NCBI GenBank assembly: GCA_963678215.1
Contig: OY782758.1
Location: 10,086 to 74,085 of the forward strand
Source: Sedimenticolaceae bacterium
GTDB taxonomy: Bacteria; Pseudomonadota; Gammaproteobacteria; Chromatiales; Chromatiaceae
Direction: 5' to 3'
Length of the DNA: 64,000 nucleotides
The position numbers and the translations under genes are program-made. Below the pieces are notes generated by a model, which searched no databases, was not told the origin of the DNA, and was given only the letters and a program-made list of their open reading frames with translations. Within the stretch, counting starts at the first letter, position 1; each line of letters opens with the position of its first letter. Shown here piece after piece: positions 9,597-19,088 of this stretch.

Positions 9597-10943
9597 TTAT
9601 TTCCCAATACAAAAACTCCCGAATATTTCGCCCAATAGGTCATCGGCATGAAATTCGCCAGTGACTTCTGCCAGCGTCATTTGCGCTTGGCGAAGGTCTT
9701 CCGCCAATAGTTCGCCTGCCAGACCATTGATCAGGGCTTTTTGGCCATTTAACAGATGGTTTAAGGTACGTTCTATGACATTCAGGTGGCGTCGCCGGGC
9801 GATAAAGCCGCCTTCGGTGGATGGGTTAAGCCCCATGCATTGTTTGAGGTGTTCGCGGAGCAGGTGAAGCCCCAGGTTTTGTTTTGCGCTGATGAACAAG
9901 GTTGTTCGATCAGCTTCTTGTTGAATGCGGATTGGCGCGCCGCTGAGGTCGGCTTTGTTGTGAATATAGCTGATTGGTGCGTCAGTGGGTATGGCGTCAA
10001 CTTCAGTGTCAATGGTGGATTGGTGATGGCGGCCATCGTATACCCAAAGGATTCGGTCCGCTTGCTGGATGGCTTCGTGCGTGCGTTTGATACCCAGTTG
10101 TTCTATAAGATCCTGGCTGGCGCGTAGTCCGGCTGTGTCGATGAGGTGCAGAGGCATGCCATCAATCTGAATGTGTTCATGTAAGGCGTCCCGTGTGGTG
10201 CCAGGGGTGTTGGTGACGATGGCGCTGTCGTTGTGGGTCAGCGCATTCAGCAGGCTGGATTTGCCCGCATTGGGTCGTCCGGCGATGACGATAGTCATGC
10301 CTTCGCGCATGACCCGGCCATGGTGCGCGCTTTGTTGTAATGCGGTGATTTCCTGAATCAGGTTATCCAGGCCTTGTTCGATGTGTCCGTCACTGAGAAA
10401 GTCAATTTCTTCTTCCGGGAAGTCAATCGCGGCTTCAACGTACATGCGCAATTGAATCAGTTTATCCAGCAGTTGTTGGATGCGGCGGGAAAATTCACCT
10501 TGCAAGGAGCGGATGGATAAGCGCGCCGCTGCCTGTGTCTCACTGTCAATCAGGTCGGCGATGGCTTCGGCCTGGGTTAAGTCCAGTTTGCCATTGAGGT
10601 AAGCGCGTTCACTGAATTCACCCGCTCTGGCGAGACGAGCACCCAGTTGCAGGCAGCGTTGTAGCAGCATATCCATGACGACCGGGCCACCATGGCCTTG
10701 CAGTTCGATAATGTCTTCGCCAGTAAAGGAGCGTGGCGCGGCAAAATACAGGATCACGCCTTCGTCGATGATGATGTCGTTTTCGTCATGAAAACGCGCT
10801 AAATGTGCTTGGCGTGGTTGCAGGTCAACCTGACTGATGGTTTGGCCAATCTGGTGGGCCATCGCCCCGGATAAACGTACAATGCCAATGCCGCCGCGTC
10901 CTGGCGGGGTGGCGATAGCGCAGATGGTGTCTTGGTCAATCAA
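9597..10943 (-). CDS. mnmE: tRNA modification GTPase MnmE
   Basis: 448 aa: DTICAIATPPGRGGIGIVRLSG, G1 motif GRPNAGKSSLLN, DTAG, and C-terminal FCIGK. Confidence 0.95.
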   Translation of the reverse strand: MIDQDTICAIATPPGRGGIGIVRLSGAMAHQIGQTISQVDLQPRQAHLARFHDENDIIIDEGVILYFAAPRSFTGEDIIELQGHGGPVVMDMLLQRCLQLGARLARAGEFSERAYLNGKLDLTQAEAIADLIDSETQAAARLSIRSLQGEFSRRIQQLLDKLIQLRMYVEAAIDFPEEEIDFLSDGHIEQGLDNLIQEITALQQSAHHGRVMREGMTIVIAGRPNAGKSSLLNALTHNDSAIVTNTPGTTRDALHEHIQIDGMPLHLIDTAGLRASQDLIEQLGIKRTHEAIQQADRILWVYDGRHHQSTIDTEVDAIPTDAPISYIHNKADLSGAPIRIQQEADRTTLFISAKQNLGLHLLREHLKQCMGLNPSTEGGFIARRRHLNVIERTLNHLLNGQKALINGLAGELLAEDLRQAQMTLAEVTGEFHADDLLGEIFGSFCIGK

Positions 10944-11389
10944 GTTGCGGGGATTCTTGCTTTCAAGCGGGCGTAGATGCTTTTCAAGGTGGGGTAGCTT
11001 TTTAGCGCGAGTTGAATGGTTTGTATGCGCTTGGCCGCATTGAGTGGATAGTCGTGGGCGATTGCATTGCGTACTTCGCGGAGTTCGTCCCAGGCGGTTG
11101 CGTGATCAATAATCTCCAGCTTCTCCAATAAATTCAGCACATCCAGCATGGGCGTTGATAAGGCGTCGATTTCTTTTAGCTCATACAAGATTTTTTTCAA
11201 TAATTTGGCGCCGATTTTGTCTTGCAGTTTACTGAAATTAAATAAAAAGCTATTGACTATCCGGGTGTTTCCATAATCAGCAAAGAAATCCTGATGAATA
11301 TCCGTTTCTGTTAAAAGTTGGTAATCCAGATCACAGTTGGAGAAAATTGCATCACAGGCCGCCAGTTGTTCTTTTATGCTTGGCGACAT
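10940..11389 (-). CDS. HEPN-like protein (Rx4H motif), partner of the upstream nucleotidyltransferase
   Basis: 149 aa with LREVRNAIAHDY (R-x4-H). It overlaps the upstream MNT gene by 16 nt and the mnmE start by 4 nt. Confidence 0.55.
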   Translation of the reverse strand: MSPSIKEQLAACDAIFSNCDLDYQLLTETDIHQDFFADYGNTRIVNSFLFNFSKLQDKIGAKLLKKILYELKEIDALSTPMLDVLNLLEKLEIIDHATAWDELREVRNAIAHDYPLNAAKRIQTIQLALKSYPTLKSIYARLKARIPAT

Positions 11390-11679
11390 AGCAAAACCCC
11401 ATATTGTTTGGCGATTTTATCAATCAGCCGGTTTTGTCCGGTATCCATCACGACATCAATTTTTTGTTGCCCGGTTTTTTGTTTGAGCTTTGCCAGGAAC
11501 TGAATTTTCTTTTGCATCAATGCTTGCGGCTTGGCGGGGATAATATACAAATCAATATCACCGCCTTTTTGAGTCTCATCGACCCGGCTGCCAAAAAGAT
11601 AAATCTCGCCATGCTCGAATACATCCACAAAACAGGCTTTTATCGCGTCCTGTTGAGCATCGGATAAGCGTATGCTCAT
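11374..11679 (-). CDS. Minimal nucleotidyltransferase (MNT-type antitoxin-like)
   Basis: Start chosen at ATG 11677-11679 (MSIRLSDAQQ...). The longer ORF start at 11715 would overlap yidC. NTase motif LFGSRVDETQKGGDIDLYI. Confidence 0.6.
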   Translation of the reverse strand: MSIRLSDAQQDAIKACFVDVFEHGEIYLFGSRVDETQKGGDIDLYIIPAKPQALMQKKIQFLAKLKQKTGQQKIDVVMDTGQNRLIDKIAKQYGVLLCRQA

Positions 11680-11698
11680 GGTTGCAGCCCTTTGTGCG

Positions 11699-13360
11699 CT
11701 AACTGGATTGCTCAACGCGCCGCGTAATCACCCATTGCTGCGTGATAGAGAGCAGGTTATTGATGACCCAGTAAAGCACCAGACCCGCTGGGAAGAAGGC
11801 GAACATCACGCTGAAGGCGAGGGGTAAATACAACATGATTTTGGCTTGCATGGGATCCGCGGGAGGCGGGTTGAGCTTTTGTTGCACGAACATGGAGACG
11901 CCCATGATCACGGGCAGGATAAAGTAAGGGTCTTTGATTGACAGGTCGTTTATCCACAGTATCCAAGGCGCCTGGCGCATTTCAACGCTTTCCAACAGCA
12001 CCCAGTATAGTGCGATGAAGAAAGGCATTTGTACCAGCATGGGCAAGCAGCCGCCCAGTGGGTTGATTTTCTCTTCTTTGTACATTTTCATCATGGCTTG
12101 TTGCATGCGTTGTTTGTCGTCGCCAAAACGGTCTTTAAGCGCTTGCATGCGTGGGGCTACTTTGCGCATATTCGCCATGGATTTGTAGCTGCTTTCTGAG
12201 AGTTTATAAAAGAGTAGTTTAATCAGAATGGTGAAGATGATGATGGTCCAGCCCCAGTTGCCGACATATTTGTTGATTTGTTCCAGGAACCAATGCATGG
12301 GTTTGGCGATCATTGCCAGCCAGCCGTAGTCCACTGTCAAATCCAGGCCTTCGGTAACGCTTTCCAGTTCAGTCCGTAATTTGGGGCCGATGAACAATGT
12401 GCCATCGAAAGTGGTTTGTTCGCCAGATTCAACGGTTCGGGCGGCGGTGTAAGCGCCAATGACTGAGCGTCCGGTGATGAGTTGTTTGCCATAAAAATGC
12501 TGGCTTTCACCGCGTGGTGGAATGAATGCACTGAGAAAATAGTGTTGAATCATGGCAATCCAGCCATCGGTGACGTCACGATCCAGTTCGCCATCCGCCA
12601 GATCGCCGAAATCGTATTTTTGGTATTTATCTTCAGGGCTGTAAATCACGCCGCCAGTGTAGGTGTACATGAAAAAGTTGCCGCTTTCCGTCGGCTCGCC
12701 ACGTTGGATTTGACGGTATTCGCGGCCTTTCCAGGTTTGTTCGGATTGGTTGTTGACTTGGTGTTCCAATTGGATGGAATGTTTTCCCCGGGTGAATGTA
12801 TAGCGCTTGGTGACCGCCAAGCCGTCCTCTGAGTGCCAAGTCAGTTCAACGATCAGATTGTCGTCATGTTCGCCCATCTGATAATGCGATTTCGCCGCTT
12901 TGAAGATCGCTTGGTGAGTGGGAGTGCGGTTTTTATCGGCACCTAATAAGCCGCTTTGCGTGATGAAATAGTTGCTGGGACGTTGACTGAGCAGATGGAA
13001 TTTAATGTCTGGGGTATCCACGGAAACTGGATATTGCACCAGTTTGGCGTCAACGACCGAGCCGCCTCGGGTGTCAATATGTAAATCCAGCGTGTCGGTG
13101 GTCACGCGAATCAAGCGGGACTGGGTATTGTTATCCAGGGCATCGTCAGCGACGGGCGATGTGGTCAGCACCGGTGAATCAATGCTGGCGTGAAGCGGCG
13201 CATCCGGCATGGTCTCATCCGCATTGAGCTTGATATCTTGCTGCGCTGATTCACTGCTTAGCCGTGATTGCGGGATAACGTAATCCTTCTGCCAAGCTTC
13301 CCACAGTAACAGGGAAATAAAGGCCAGGGCCAGAATCAAAAACAGGCGTACGTTATCCAT
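11699..13360 (-). CDS. yidC: Membrane protein insertase YidC
   Basis: 553 aa. N-terminal TM helix, large periplasmic domain, and conserved C-terminal core NWGWTIIIFTILIKLLFYKLS...INPLGGCLPMLVQMPFFIALY. Confidence 0.95.
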   Translation of the reverse strand: MDNVRLFLILALAFISLLLWEAWQKDYVIPQSRLSSESAQQDIKLNADETMPDAPLHASIDSPVLTTSPVADDALDNNTQSRLIRVTTDTLDLHIDTRGGSVVDAKLVQYPVSVDTPDIKFHLLSQRPSNYFITQSGLLGADKNRTPTHQAIFKAAKSHYQMGEHDDNLIVELTWHSEDGLAVTKRYTFTRGKHSIQLEHQVNNQSEQTWKGREYRQIQRGEPTESGNFFMYTYTGGVIYSPEDKYQKYDFGDLADGELDRDVTDGWIAMIQHYFLSAFIPPRGESQHFYGKQLITGRSVIGAYTAARTVESGEQTTFDGTLFIGPKLRTELESVTEGLDLTVDYGWLAMIAKPMHWFLEQINKYVGNWGWTIIIFTILIKLLFYKLSESSYKSMANMRKVAPRMQALKDRFGDDKQRMQQAMMKMYKEEKINPLGGCLPMLVQMPFFIALYWVLLESVEMRQAPWILWINDLSIKDPYFILPVIMGVSMFVQQKLNPPPADPMQAKIMLYLPLAFSVMFAFFPAGLVLYWVINNLLSITQQWVITRRVEQSS

Positions 13361-13431
13361 GGTGAAGACTCATCGAGATTGGTGGGGGAGTGTCATGCAG
13401 TGCGCAAGTGTAAGCCGCCAATCGGCGTCTG

Positions 13432-13803
13432 TCATGCGCTCATCTGTTGCTGGAGTTTCTGGAAATGCTTGTCGAGTGAGTGGCGCAGACGCTTGCATGA
13501 TTGTTCTTTCGCTTTGGCGCGTGCCATCACGACATAGTCAATCCCTGAAATGGTGGGGGCGACATGCAAGCGGAAATATTCTCTGGTCAACCGTTTGATG
13601 CGGTTGCGATCCACGGCGCGCTTGAGTTGTTTACGCGCAATGGCCAAGCCAAGACGGGCCGGTCCATCTGCTGCTGATGCGCGGGCGAATACGGTGAACC
13701 AGGCGTCCGATGACTTCCGGGGTTGCGCAAATACCCGTTTGAATTCCAGTTCTTTGAGCAGTCGGTAATCACGCGGAAATGATTGCGACAGGGCTTTGTT
13801 CAA
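13432..13803 (-). CDS. rnpA: Ribonuclease P protein component
   Basis: 123 aa with the basic RNase P protein pattern (FPRDYRLLKELEFKRVF...LGLAIARKQLKRAVDRNRIKRLTRE). TTG start lies 3 nt after the rpmH stop. Confidence 0.85.
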   Translation of the reverse strand: MNKALSQSFPRDYRLLKELEFKRVFAQPRKSSDAWFTVFARASAADGPARLGLAIARKQLKRAVDRNRIKRLTREYFRLHVAPTISGIDYVVMARAKAKEQSCKRLRHSLDKHFQKLQQQMSA

Positions 13804-13806
13804 TGC

Positions 13807-13956
13807 CTATCTGACATTAACCGCCGGAGTTAAACGTTTGCGCCCTTTGGCACGGCGTGCATTGATGACTTTGCGACCACCAATGGTTGACATACGCGCG
13901 CGGAAGCCGTGGGTGCGGGCGCGTTTTAAGTTACTGGGTTGGAAAGTGCGTTTCAT
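13807..13956 (-). CDS. rpmH: 50S ribosomal protein L34
   Basis: Not in the ORF track because it is under 60 aa. Minus-strand ATG at 13954-13956 gives [49 protein letters not shown], with the stop at 13807-13809. Confidence 0.9.
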   Translation of the reverse strand: MKRTFQPSNLKRARTHGFRARMSTIGGRKVINARRAKGRKRLTPAVNVR

Positions 13957-14109
13957 GATGAATTCCTGAGCTTTGCGCCGAAGTCATGGCGCAATCAAGG
14001 CATATGGAAAAGCGAGGGATCATATTTGAGTGGGTTTGACTTGTCAAAGCATGGTTCATCTGAAATGCAATAACCGCTCAGATTCTGGATAAAATGGGCG
14101 CTTACGGCT

Positions 14110-14271
14110 GGGGCTGTTCTCAATCACCGTTCACAGCGACCTTGCGGCTCTTTGCCGCGCTGACTGCGTTACAATTCGTCACAATAGAGCCACTATTCTT
14201 TCCTCATTGCGCCCTGTCAGCACGAAAAATAGTACGCAATCTCGTTTGTTCAGGTAATTGAGAACAGCCCC
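14110..14271. mobile_element. MITE-like element (162 bp) with 19-bp terminal inverted repeats
   Basis: GGGGCTGTTCTCAATCACC at 14110-14128 and its near-perfect complement GGTAATTGAGAACAGCCCC at 14253-14271 (1 mismatch). The interior is non-coding and partly self-complementary. A solo copy of the terminal 11-mer GAGAACAGCCC occurs at 25893-25903. Confidence 0.5.
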
Positions 14272-14318
14272 TATTGCCTGACAGGTGATAAAAATTTTAG
14301 TTTCCACTGGAATCTTCG

Positions 14319-16073
14319 ATGATGAGCAATTTACCTGAATTGACCGTAAAGGATATTCAAGCTTGGTGCCCCGGTGCTCATTATGAGCGTGGGTTGAACT
14401 ATTACAAGCAAGGTCTGATTATCAATCCGGTGCGGCGGGGCGAGCGTTTAGAGGCACGTTGTCATGGTTCTATGTCGCACCCTTATCAACTATGGGTGAC
14501 ATTGAATAGCGCTGGCATACAAGATGCCGGCTGCTCTTGTCCGGTGGGATCAGGGTGTAAGCATATTGCTGCTTTGTTGCTGACTTTTATGCGGGATCCG
14601 GAACGGTTTCATACGACGCAAACGCTGGATGAATTGTTGCAGCAGCGTGACAAGCGCGAATTAATGGTCTTGATCAAAGCGATGATCGCGCGCGAACCTG
14701 ATTTGGAAGCCTTGTTGGCGTTACCGTTGCCTGGAATCAAAACGCAAAAAACGCTTGATCCTGAACCCATCCGGCGGCAATTACGCCTGGCTTTTGATGG
14801 TGCTTTCGAATGGGGCGGCAGTTTCGAGGTGGCGGCTGAATTATCATCAACTCTTGATATGGCGGAACCTTTCGCAGAGACGGGCGATTGGCTCAACGTC
14901 AAAATGATTTGTCAGCTCGTGTTGGAGGAGGGATTAGCCAACTACGAATATGTCGGGCATGACGAAGGCGAGGTCGTTGGTGAAATCAATCGCGCTGCGA
15001 ACCGGCTGGCCGACTGTTTGCCGGCTTTTGCCGATGATGCTGAAACCCGCATGGAGGTTATGCGCGCGTTATTCAGTCTGGTGCGTTGGGACAATGAGAT
15101 GGGGGGCTATGGCGCAGCGGAAGGCATTACTGATGTGCTGCTCAGCGAGACCGATGCGGATGAGCAACAGCAACTGCGAGAGTGGATTATGCAGGAACTC
15201 ACGAAAACAGATGCACTGAACGAATTTTCTCGTCAATGGCGGCGGGAAAGTTGGGGAAGCTTATTGTTGCCATTGATTGATGATGCCGCCTTTGACGATT
15301 TCTTGCCGCAGGCTCGTTCGTTGGGTTTGCATCGCAACCTGTTTAGTCAGTTCGTCCAACTGGGACGAATTGATGAGGCGGTAAGGATCACGTTGGAAGA
15401 TACGGATGCATCGGATTACAGTTTGTTGCAGGCTGCGCAACGGTTGGAGGAGGCCGGGCATCTTAAACAAGCGACCAACATGGTGGAGACCCGGGCAGCA
15501 CAGATAACGGATGAACGTTTGTTGCTTTGGTTGGCTGAAAAGCGAGAACAGGCGGGTAATATCCATGGGGCGATGAAGTTGCATCAGCGTTGCTGGAATG
15601 ACAGCCCTTCATTGCCTGGTTATCAGACATTGGAGCGTCTGGCTGGCAAGCTGGGTGAATGGGAGATATTACGTGCCAAGCTGATATCCGGTCTGGCAGC
15701 GTCAAATCGTGATACTCAGGTATTGGCGCGCATCCATTTATATGAGAAAGCCTGGCAATCAACTTGGGATGTGGTTGGGACAAAAGCCTCAGGTTTTTGG
15801 CTTGGGGGCATTCGGGATGAGGTTGCGCAAGCCACTGAGCAGCATTGTCCGGAGCAGGCGGTCGCGCATTATTTACAAAGCGCGAAGCAATTGATTGAAC
15901 GACGTGGGCGCAAAAATTATGCGGCAGCAGCGCGTTACCTGAAAAGCGTAAAGAAAATCCTGAACCGTACGTCGCAAAAAGATGCCTGGCGACAAGCTAT
16001 CGACCCGATACGGCAGAGTTATTCTAATCTGCCTGCGCTACGGGATGAGTTGAGTAAAGCGGGGTTGGATTAG
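14319..16073 (+). CDS. SWIM zinc-finger protein with helical-repeat C-terminal region
   Basis: 584 aa. SWIM signature CSCPVGSGCKHIAALLL near the N-terminus. The remainder is alpha-helical and repeat-like. Confidence 0.7.
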   Translation: MMSNLPELTVKDIQAWCPGAHYERGLNYYKQGLIINPVRRGERLEARCHGSMSHPYQLWVTLNSAGIQDAGCSCPVGSGCKHIAALLLTFMRDPERFHTTQTLDELLQQRDKRELMVLIKAMIAREPDLEALLALPLPGIKTQKTLDPEPIRRQLRLAFDGAFEWGGSFEVAAELSSTLDMAEPFAETGDWLNVKMICQLVLEEGLANYEYVGHDEGEVVGEINRAANRLADCLPAFADDAETRMEVMRALFSLVRWDNEMGGYGAAEGITDVLLSETDADEQQQLREWIMQELTKTDALNEFSRQWRRESWGSLLLPLIDDAAFDDFLPQARSLGLHRNLFSQFVQLGRIDEAVRITLEDTDASDYSLLQAAQRLEEAGHLKQATNMVETRAAQITDERLLLWLAEKREQAGNIHGAMKLHQRCWNDSPSLPGYQTLERLAGKLGEWEILRAKLISGLAASNRDTQVLARIHLYEKAWQSTWDVVGTKASGFWLGGIRDEVAQATEQHCPEQAVAHYLQSAKQLIERRGRKNYAAAARYLKSVKKILNRTSQKDAWRQAIDPIRQSYSNLPALRDELSKAGLD

Positions 16074-16075
16074 TT

Positions 16076-16807
16076 GTGCGTGAACGTCGCATTTTTCACC
16101 CTGAAAGACTGAATGCTCATACTGAGGTGACATTAAGTGATCAGGCCGTCCGGCATGTGATTCAGGTATTGCGTTTGCAAGTGGGTGATAGGATCACGTT
16201 GTTCGACGGCGGTGGGCTGGATTATATGGCGGCGGTATTGTTGATCAGCCGTAAAAATGGCGTACGCGTGAAAGTGGGTCAGGTTTTGCGTAAAGAGCCT
16301 GCGGCCCAGCTTCAAGTGCATTTGGCGATTGGTGTGTCCCGTGGTGAGCGTATGGATTTTAGTCTTCAGAAGTCGGTTGAACTGGGCGTCGGGCGGATCA
16401 CCCCATTATTGACTGAACGCACCTTGGTACGGTTGAAAGGTGAGAAGCGGCAGGCCCGTCTGACGCACTGGCGGGGTGTTATCCAGCATGCTTGTGAGCA
16501 GTGCGGACGTAGTTATTTGCCTGCATTACATCCGATGCAGTCTTTTGAGGAGTTCGTCACCCGGTTCTCTGGGCAAGGGATTTTGTTGGATCATCGCGCC
16601 GAATCCGGGTTAGGCCAGTTGACTCGCCCTGAAGGGGAGTTGACTTTGTTGGTCGGTCCGGAAGGCGGATTGGCACCGCAAGAGCGGGATCAGGCGATAC
16701 GGCAGGGTTTGACCGGTGTCCGGCTTGGGCCACGTATTCTGCGGACGGAAACCGCTCCGCTGGCGGCGTTGGCGTCAATGCAAATGTTATGGGGTGATTT
16801 CCGCTAG
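16076..16807 (+). CDS. rsmE: 16S rRNA (uracil1498-N3)-methyltransferase
   Basis: 243 aa. PUA-like N-terminal region (HVIQVLRLQVGDRITLFDG) and SPOUT C-terminal region LLVGPEGGLAPQE...GPRILRTETAPLAAL. Confidence 0.85.
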   Translation: MRERRIFHPERLNAHTEVTLSDQAVRHVIQVLRLQVGDRITLFDGGGLDYMAAVLLISRKNGVRVKVGQVLRKEPAAQLQVHLAIGVSRGERMDFSLQKSVELGVGRITPLLTERTLVRLKGEKRQARLTHWRGVIQHACEQCGRSYLPALHPMQSFEEFVTRFSGQGILLDHRAESGLGQLTRPEGELTLLVGPEGGLAPQERDQAIRQGLTGVRLGPRILRTETAPLAALASMQMLWGDFR

Positions 16808-16852
16808 ATAGCGTTGTCAAGCGGCTGTGCTTGCGCGCATGACAACGCTATC
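16807..16852. terminator. Hairpin between convergent rsmE and rimI (candidate bidirectional terminator)
   Basis: Perfect 13-bp inverted repeat GATAGCGTTGTCA (16807-16819) / TGACAACGCTATC (16840-16852) with a 20-nt loop. There is no strong T-tract, so its function is uncertain. Confidence 0.4.
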
Positions 16853-16862
16853 CAGTGAAGAC

Positions 16863-17333
16863 TCATCCCATTGGCTTGGCCAGTATCAAGGCGTCTTCGC
16901 GGCCATTCGGTCCATCAGGATAATAACCCCGGCGTTGGCCGGTCTCACAAAATCCAGCCGATTCATAGAGGTTAATGGCCGGTTGGTTGCTGATGCGAAC
17001 TTCCAAAAACACGGTGTCGATCTGAAATGAACGGGCGAGATGCAGCATATGGCGTAGCAGATAACGGCCAAATCCGTTGCCTTGCCAGTCCGGTGCAACG
17101 CATAAATTCAACAGGTCCGCTTGGTTAGCGCCATGCGCCAGCACGGCATGTCCGATGGGTTGCTCGTTCAGCGCCAGCGTTTGGCAGCAATACCCGACCT
17201 TCAGGCAATCCTGAAAAATTTGCTGGCTCCAAGGGTGTGTATAAGCGGCCTGTTCGTTGCGGATGATTGTCGGCAGATCAATTTCGCACATTTTACGCAG
17301 GGATGTCATCGGGTCTGGAGCGGCTTGACTCAT
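16863..17333 (-). CDS. rimI: Ribosomal-protein-alanine N-acetyltransferase (GNAT)
   Basis: 156 aa with the GNAT acetyl-CoA motif VAPDWQGNGFGRYLLRHML and LEVRISNQPAINLYESAGF. Confidence 0.8.
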   Translation of the reverse strand: MSQAAPDPMTSLRKMCEIDLPTIIRNEQAAYTHPWSQQIFQDCLKVGYCCQTLALNEQPIGHAVLAHGANQADLLNLCVAPDWQGNGFGRYLLRHMLHLARSFQIDTVFLEVRISNQPAINLYESAGFCETGQRRGYYPDGPNGREDALILAKPMG

Positions 17334-17635
17334 TGGCTTCCTTTATCGGCGTATAGCAATCCGCCGCTGCAAGATGGTTGTCTTTTCGGTACAGTGGCGC
17401 GCAATGTTTCCATCACGTTGCTGTATCGCCGGGTTTGGATGTTTCGCGGATTTTATCTGTTGGCGCAATGTTTTTCCGGCGCAAAAAGTCAGGTCAAGGT
17501 GAAAACATGGGGGCTTGGTTCACCATTGGGAGCAGCATATTTTTCAATCCGGTGCTTTGTCAGGGTGAAGATGGCTCGCGCGAAGCGCCGGTATTTATTT
17601 CGTTTGACATCGGTTTTTACCGGTGAGGAGTGAGC

Positions 17636-18325
17636 ATGGCTGATTTTATGATTGCGCCTTCGATTCTTGCGGCGGATTTCGCCAAAATCGGTGAGGAATG
17701 CGCCAATGTGCTGGCGTCTGGTACGGATATGATCCATTTTGATGTGATGGATAATCATTATGTGCCGAATCTGACGATTGGCCCGTTGGTATGCGAAGCG
17801 CTGCGCCAATATGGCATTACCGCACCCATTGATGTGCATTTGATGGTCAGCCCGGTGGATCGGATTGTCGGTGATTTCGCAGCGGCGGGCGCGAGCTATA
17901 TCACATTCCACCCAGAAGCCTCTGAACATATTGATCGTACTTTGCAGTTGATTAAAAGCGAGGGTTGCCAGGCGGGCCTGGTTTTCAATCCAGCAACGCC
18001 TTTGTCTTATCTCGATTATGTCATGGACAAAATAGACATGGTCTTGTTGATGTCTGTGAATCCGGGTTTCGGCGGTCAAAGCTTTATTCCATCAGCCTTG
18101 GACAAGTTGAAACAGGTACGCGAAATGATTGATGCGGCTGGCCGGGATATCCGTTTGGAAATTGATGGCGGTGTCAAAGTGGAGAATATTGGTGAAATCG
18201 CGGCGGCTGGCGCGGATACGTTTGTTTCCGGCTCCGGTATCTTTGGTAAAGGCGATGCTAACGATCCTCATCGTTATGACACCATTGTCGGTCAAATGCG
18301 CGAGAAACTGGCTGCGGCATGTTAA
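17636..18325 (+). CDS. rpe: Ribulose-phosphate 3-epimerase
   Basis: ATG at 17636, 5 nt after GAGGAG. Motifs [40 protein letters not shown] and DGG. Confidence 0.9.
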   Translation: MADFMIAPSILAADFAKIGEECANVLASGTDMIHFDVMDNHYVPNLTIGPLVCEALRQYGITAPIDVHLMVSPVDRIVGDFAAAGASYITFHPEASEHIDRTLQLIKSEGCQAGLVFNPATPLSYLDYVMDKIDMVLLMSVNPGFGGQSFIPSALDKLKQVREMIDAAGRDIRLEIDGGVKVENIGEIAAAGADTFVSGSGIFGKGDANDPHRYDTIVGQMREKLAAAC

Positions 18326-18999
18326 ACACGCCTGAGATGGTCCTGATTGACGTGGATGGCACGCTGGTTGACAGCGTGCCCGACTTGGCTTTTTGTGTTG
18401 ATGAACTGATGCGGCGTTTGGGACGCCCGCCGCACGGCGAAGCCAAGGTGCGCGATTGGGTGGGTAACGGGGTTGAACGGTTATGCCGCCGGGCTTTGGT
18501 GGGGCAATTGGATGGTGAACCGCCGGAAGAGGATTTCGCCAAAGCTTACCCGATGTTCCTTGAACTTTATGCCGAGAACACCTCCAAGCGCTCAACCCTT
18601 TACCCGGGAGTCCGCGAAGGTCTGGATTATCTGCAGTCTGCTGGTTATTTGTTGGGTTGTGTGACCAACAAGGCAGAGCGGTTCACCAAGCCGCTGCTGC
18701 AAGATCTGGGGATTTATGATGCATTCGGCATTGTGATATCGGGCGATACCTTGCCGGTTAAAAAACCCGATCCACGTCCCTTGCTGCATGCCGCTGAGCA
18801 TTTTAGCGTCCGCGCAGACCAATCTTTGATGTTAGGCGATTCCAAAAGCGATGTGACGGCGGCGCGCGCTGCTGGATTCCAGATTGTTTGCATGAGCTAT
18901 GGTTACAATCACGGCGAGGATATCCGGATCTATGAGCCGGATTTGGTGATTGATTCGATGGTCGAATTGCGGATGCATTTAGATCATCCGAAGCATTAA
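18319..18999 (+). CDS. gph: Phosphoglycolate phosphatase (HAD family)
   Basis: 226 aa. HAD motif [13 protein letters not shown], motif II CVTNK, motif [13 protein letters not shown]. It overlaps the rpe stop. Confidence 0.85.
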   Translation: MLNTPEMVLIDVDGTLVDSVPDLAFCVDELMRRLGRPPHGEAKVRDWVGNGVERLCRRALVGQLDGEPPEEDFAKAYPMFLELYAENTSKRSTLYPGVREGLDYLQSAGYLLGCVTNKAERFTKPLLQDLGIYDAFGIVISGDTLPVKKPDPRPLLHAAEHFSVRADQSLMLGDSKSDVTAARAAGFQIVCMSYGYNHGEDIRIYEPDLVIDSMVELRMHLDHPKH

Positions 19000-19088
19000 C
19001 AACATAGCCCTCTGCAGAGAGTCGCTTGTTCCAGTGGCAACTATTGCATCGTATTGCAACGCTATGCCGTTATTGGACAAATGACGCG

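Noticed and set aside
14070-14095. DnaA-box-like TTATCCAGA (minus strand) near rpmH, considered as evidence for oriC
   Set aside because: It is a single 8/9 match with no cluster of boxes, no AT-rich 13-mers and no dnaA gene nearby.
17334-17635. 300-bp rimI-rpe spacer with the direct repeat GGCGC(GC)AATGTTT(TT)CC (about 17394 and 17461) and a 39-codon ORF
   Set aside because: The repeat is short and imperfect. The ORF has no RBS or known family. No tRNA- or riboswitch-like structure was recognisable by eye.
17489-18079. 196-aa minus-strand ORF
   Set aside because: Most of it lies antisense within rpe, which has strong family motifs. The composition is His/Arg-rich, typical of a shadow frame.
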